Source of the DNA: Chloroflexota bacterium | Lineage (GTDB): Bacteria > Chloroflexota > Anaerolineae > Anaerolineales > UBA11579 | Assembly (NCBI GenBank): GCA_023485685.1 | Contig: JAMCZK010000049.1 | Span: 1,778-65,777, forward strand | DNA: 64,000 bases | Direction: 5' to 3' | Shown here: in pieces, positions 60,055 to 64,000 of the stretch | Layout of the letters: each line of letters starts with the position of its first letter | Numbering within the stretch: position 1 is the first letter of the stretch | Made by a program: the position numbers and the translations under genes | The notes under the pieces: generated by a model | What the model saw: the letters and a program-made list of their open reading frames with translations, nothing else | What the model was told of the DNA's origin: nothing | The model's database searches: none

Positions 60055-61843
60055 CTATTCCTCCCATTCGATGACAATCAAATCCCAATAGTTTAAAGAG
60101 GGTATACTGAAGACCAGAGATCCCTTTTTTTGTTTAAACTGAAGAGGGCGCATTGATAAATCGTCGCTATCCGGTGAAGCCAACCAGATTTGAGAAGCCA
60201 CCCGATCCAAACTTTCAATCCGAACTTCCATCGCGCCTAGGATACTTGGCGCGTCGGTAATCGGCTCTTTCCAATCGGCGGCATCCAATCCTAGCAGATT
60301 GATCAAGCTAATCGCGGAGAAATTTTCACCCGTGCGGATGATTGGCCAAACTTTATTTTTCACTGCATTGGCGGCCGTGTTTATAACTTCACCAGTATCC
60401 AAAACCTTTATTTCAATATTCCCGCTGAATTCTGGGGTAGCCTCCTGTGTGCGAGGTCCGATGACATCCTGGTAACGAACCGTGAAATCATAGTAACGCT
60501 GCAGAGCGATAGATAGCTCCTCACCAACAGCCCCATATTTAGGAAAATAGGCATCAGCCAATATAGCATTTGCCTCGCCCAGTTCTATGTGACCGCCCCC
60601 GCTTGCGAAGATGACTGCATCGGCCAAGCGAACATTATGAACATTTTGGGGATCGATATAAGCCGCCAGTACCACTGCTTTTCCATGGCCTAATTTTTGC
60701 GCTTGAATGATTAAGTTGTGCAAGTCATCAAACCACCTATAGGGAGGCCAAACTTCGATATATACGATATCCTGTTCAGCAGGCGCCACGCTTTCAATAG
60801 GCCAGTTCGTAACCGCATTGAAAACCACCGCGCCATCTTCACGCTGGGCTAACACGTGCACTTTTGTCTCGTTGATAAACTCGGCCAGCGGGTCAGCCAA
60901 GCTGTACTTGTTCCCATCCGAATCAAAACCTTCTTTCGGGTCCCCATATTGATCCAAATGAATCCCATCAAAAGCAGTTTGCGCCAGTATTTGATCAAAT
61001 TCACTCATCATGTGCTCAACCCAAGGAGAACCAGGGCGTATATCCATTATGACCAAATAATCCTCGCCAAAATAAAACGGCTCCCCATTAGACTTAAGCA
61101 TGGCCCAATTCGGATGCTGCCGATAAAAATCCAAGGAGGCGCCATAAACTGCCGTATAGGGCATGGCGGCCATATTACGCTCCTGGGCAGAGGCAATAAA
61201 ACGATTGACCGTGGTCAAAGAAAGTTGGCGATTTAGAAGATCAATATAAGGTTCTTCTTTCGTAAGTGATTGTTCGTGTCGATACATCCAATCATAAAAC
61301 TGCAGGGCATTGATGTGATAACGATTCAGAGTCGTGATCGTTTCTTCGATATCCAAACGGTCTGGCGGGAAGTCACTTAGAAAACCATAGCGTGGAGATT
61401 GGGTCCAGTGAGCCAACACATCAAAGGCAGTGGAAGTCGAATCGAGCACCTCCTCACTCGCGCTCTCCAGGCGTAGCTCCACGCCGTAGCCTCGCGGGGC
61501 TACATCAGGGGGCATAAAAGTAATGCTGATGGGATTTTCGCCGTCCACCAGGGAAAATTCGGTGCTGAACTGCTCGATAATTTCAGTCAAATGGGTGATG
61601 ATCACCTTTAATTTGACAGGACTTACAATTTGGATCTGGCTGAGCACGTGCACGGTTAAATGCACTTCCTGGCCTGGTTTATAAAAGCTCTTATCGAATT
61701 CGATTGTGGTTATTTGGGGCATTTTCTCCTCGGTGGGGCTGGATATCAGCGATAAACCATTTGAAAGGTCGGGGGGGCGTTGGATTGCAGGCTGCCAGTC
61801 CGATAAGCACAGTCAGAAAAATTTGCAGCCTCAACCGACGCAC
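60055..61843 (-). CDS. GH66 dextranase / cycloisomaltooligosaccharide glucanotransferase family; lipoprotein signal out of frame at a C7 tract
   Basis: DKSFYKPG, WTQSPRYGFLSDF, QFYDWMYRH, FDGIHLDQYG, YIEVW, GGGHIELG, YFP; GTG 61843 gives MRRLRLQIFLTVLIGLAAC. Confidence 0.85.
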
Positions 61844-61846
61844 CTC

Positions 61847-62686
61847 TCACCCTTTTATTGCTCCGGTCAATCCGGCCGTGAAATAACGTTGCAGGACGAT
61901 ATAGAGCGCTACGATTGGAATCATGGCAATTAGCGAGGCAGCAAAAACCAAACCCCAGTCTGTTCCATGCTGGCCGTGAAACGAAGCGATTGCTATGGGC
62001 AAAGTGCGCTTTGTCTGGTCATCGATAAAAGTAAGAGCCAATATGTACTCATCCCAAAAACCAAGTAACGAAAAAATAGAGACCGTAGCCAGCGCGGGTT
62101 TGGAGAGTGGCAAAACCATACGGGTAAAGATGGTGAAATAATTAGCACCGTCAATTAACATCGCATCTTCCAGCTCCCTTGGCAGAGTCTCGAAAAAACC
62201 GCGAAGGAGAAAAGTATTTAAAGGCAGGCTGGTTGCAACGTAGAACAAAATCAATCCGAACAAACTATTTCGCAAACCCAAGGCTTTTGCAAGCAAAAAT
62301 TGAGGGATGATTCCAATGATGTTAGGCACCATCAAGAGTAGCAGGATACTGAAAAACAGTATTTCTTTTCCAGGGAAACGGAAGCGGGCAAAGGCATAAG
62401 CCATCATCGCCGAAATTAGGACGGCTAGCACTACAGAAATTACAGCGACAATCATGCTGTTTTTGAAATAGACTTGAAATTGCCCTGTTGTCCAGGCCTC
62501 AACAAAATTATTAAGAGTTGGAGCCTCAGGAATCAATTTGGGCGGGAATTCAATCACATAGGCGTATTCCTTGAAAGAAGTGGATACCATCCACAAGAAG
62601 GGAACGACCATAATGATTGCCCCGCCGATGAGGATCAAATATCGGAACATAGTCGCGGCACCCATGCTTGATGTTTTTTGTCCCAT
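61847..62686 (-). CDS. Carbohydrate ABC transporter permease (MalG-like)
   Basis: PFLWMVSTSFK, EAA-loop LPRELEDAMLIDGA, FTAGLTGAIKG. Confidence 0.93.
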   Translation of the reverse strand: MGQKTSSMGAATMFRYLILIGGAIIMVVPFLWMVSTSFKEYAYVIEFPPKLIPEAPTLNNFVEAWTTGQFQVYFKNSMIVAVISVVLAVLISAMMAYAFARFRFPGKEILFFSILLLLMVPNIIGIIPQFLLAKALGLRNSLFGLILFYVATSLPLNTFLLRGFFETLPRELEDAMLIDGANYFTIFTRMVLPLSKPALATVSIFSLLGFWDEYILALTFIDDQTKRTLPIAIASFHGQHGTDWGLVFAASLIAMIPIVALYIVLQRYFTAGLTGAIKG

Positions 62687-63630
62687 TAGAAAATTTCCTC
62701 GGGTTGCCTGAAGAATCTTAATTGGATAAAGCTCAAGGAAACAATAAAAATAGCCATCATGAAAGCCAATGCTGAACCATAGCCAAACTCCAAGAAATCA
62801 AAAGCCTGATGATACATGTAAGTCAAAACTACTTCTGTTTGTTGCAAAGGGCCACCATTAGTAACAAGGGCAACAGGCAAAAATACATTTAACCCACCAA
62901 TTATCAGCATGACTACAACAAAGACGAGTGTCGGACGGATCAATGGAAGGGTTATCCTCATCAATTTATGAAAATTCCCGGCACCATCTATGTCAGCCGC
63001 TTCGTAAATCTCGGCTGGTATTGTTTGCAGAGCTGCCAGGAATATAACCATTGACCAGCCAATTCCCTTCCATATCCCTAATAGCCAAACTGGAATCATT
63101 GCAGTAGAGGCCGATTGCAACCAGCCAATGGGCGACTCAACCAAATGCAGAACATTAACCAAAAGATAATTAATAAATCCATTCGGGCTTTGAAACATAT
63201 ACCTAAATAAGAGGGACACTATCACCCAGGAGGTAATGACGGGCAAATAGTAAAGTGTGCGTAAGAAAACCTTTCCACGAACAATGCTGTTGAGCAATAA
63301 AGCGGCTGCCAGTGCCAGAACGATCTGGCCTGGCACTGTAATCATTGTGTAAAGAACCGTGTTGCGAAAGGCCAGTCTGGCAATTGGATCAGCCAACGCT
63401 TGTGCATAGTTATCAAGGCCTACAAAGGTACTGGGGTTAGTGGGTACGATGCTCCAATCGTAGAAGCTAATTTGGAAAGCCTTAAGCAGAGGATAAATGT
63501 TAAAAACCAAAAATAAAAAGATTCCTGGTAACAAAAACACAAACACGATTGGTAATTGGCGCGACCCCGGGCCTTTTTTTACAACTCCCATGCCCACAGG
63601 TTTATTTACCCAGCGGGAAAGAAAATCCAT
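62686..63630 (-). CDS. Carbohydrate ABC transporter permease (MalF-like)
   Basis: FVGLDNY, LAALQTIPAEIYEAADIDGA, FGYGSA. Confidence 0.93.
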   Translation of the reverse strand: MDFLSRWVNKPVGMGVVKKGPGSRQLPIVFVFLLPGIFLFLVFNIYPLLKAFQISFYDWSIVPTNPSTFVGLDNYAQALADPIARLAFRNTVLYTMITVPGQIVLALAAALLLNSIVRGKVFLRTLYYLPVITSWVIVSLLFRYMFQSPNGFINYLLVNVLHLVESPIGWLQSASTAMIPVWLLGIWKGIGWSMVIFLAALQTIPAEIYEAADIDGAGNFHKLMRITLPLIRPTLVFVVVMLIIGGLNVFLPVALVTNGGPLQQTEVVLTYMYHQAFDFLEFGYGSALAFMMAIFIVSLSFIQLRFFRQPEEIF

Positions 63631-63711
63631 AATTAATCCCTTGCTTCATTCGGTACCAAGAATCTGGAAGGCCTTCTCACATGGCAAGGCCTCCCAGATT
63701 TGGATAGGAAA

Positions 63712-64000
63712 CTATTGACCTAACAAACCATCAATAGTAATCGCCGCCCCTCCTAAAGCTTCTTCAAAACTCGCAGAACCCGCTAGATAACTACCACCTG
63801 CCAGGTTGTAGGTTTCCTCTATCTTAGTCCATGCGGGATGTGGAGTTCTGGCTTTAGCCGTCTTTAGCTGTTCCAGGAAAATGCCAAAGAAGGGGTGATT
63901 TTGTATCGTGTCACTCTCAATGGCGCTTGCCAGTACTGTGAGCTGGCCAACTTCTGACCATCGGAGCTGGACGTCTTCAGAAAGCATGAAGCGGATGAAC
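63712..64000 (-). CDS. Carbohydrate ABC substrate-binding protein, C-terminal part (runs off the window)
   Basis: FLEQLKTAKARTPHPAWTKIE; followed by a stem-loop at 63661-63700 before the permease. Confidence 0.8.
   Translation of the reverse strand, partial: FIRFMLSEDVQLRWSEVGQLTVLASAIESDTIQNHPFFGIFLEQLKTAKARTPHPAWTKIEETYNLAGGSYLAGSASFEEALGGAAITIDGLLGQ

Larger units (their letters stand above)
52857..64000 (-). mobile_element. Putative integrative element (serine integrase, HUH Rep, sugar-catabolism cargo); far boundary beyond the window
   Basis: Co-oriented integrase and Rep at the edge, visibly more AT-rich than the core; att sites not identified and cargo membership is inferred. Confidence 0.6.

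Overview
Bacterial chromosomal segment. Gene content, Pro/Thr-rich lipoproteins and REP-like repeats suggest Chloroflexota (Anaerolineae-like), but this is an inference, not a database result. The core (about 1.3-52 kb) is housekeeping and stress genes: LCP enzyme, recD2, tmRNA, a two-component pair, tilS, mutL, higBA, class II fumarase/aspartase, Mn-SOD, malQ, a queuosine-precursor transporter with a preQ1-I riboswitch, ycaQ-like glycosylase, mgsA, polX, a 4-subunit 2-oxoacid:ferredoxin oxidoreductase, and type-2 ileS with an Ile T-box. Both ends are visibly more AT-rich. The right end (from about 52.85 kb) looks like an integrated element: large serine recombinase, minimal two-tyrosine HUH Rep, small ORF, long hairpin-rich leader, then a GH31/GH15/GH66/ABC cluster resembling cyclic alpha-glucan (cycloalternan) catabolism. 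Best novelty candidates: (1) an unannotated 23-aa peptide ending GGCCGGTGCC with its own promoter and a perfect 24-bp operator resembling the one at the neighbouring Cys-rich ArsR; (2) the recombinase-Rep element; (3) a tyrosine-recombinase-fold protein lacking its catalytic Tyr/His; (4) a phosphoesterase plus ParB/Srx-USP fusion pair; (5) two paralogous Cys-containing small proteins upstream of the oxidoreductase genes; (6) a short intergenic repeat inserted in frame inside malQ. Several 1-bp frameshifts (DUF2690-like gene, catE-like gene, polX, GH66) may be assembly errors.
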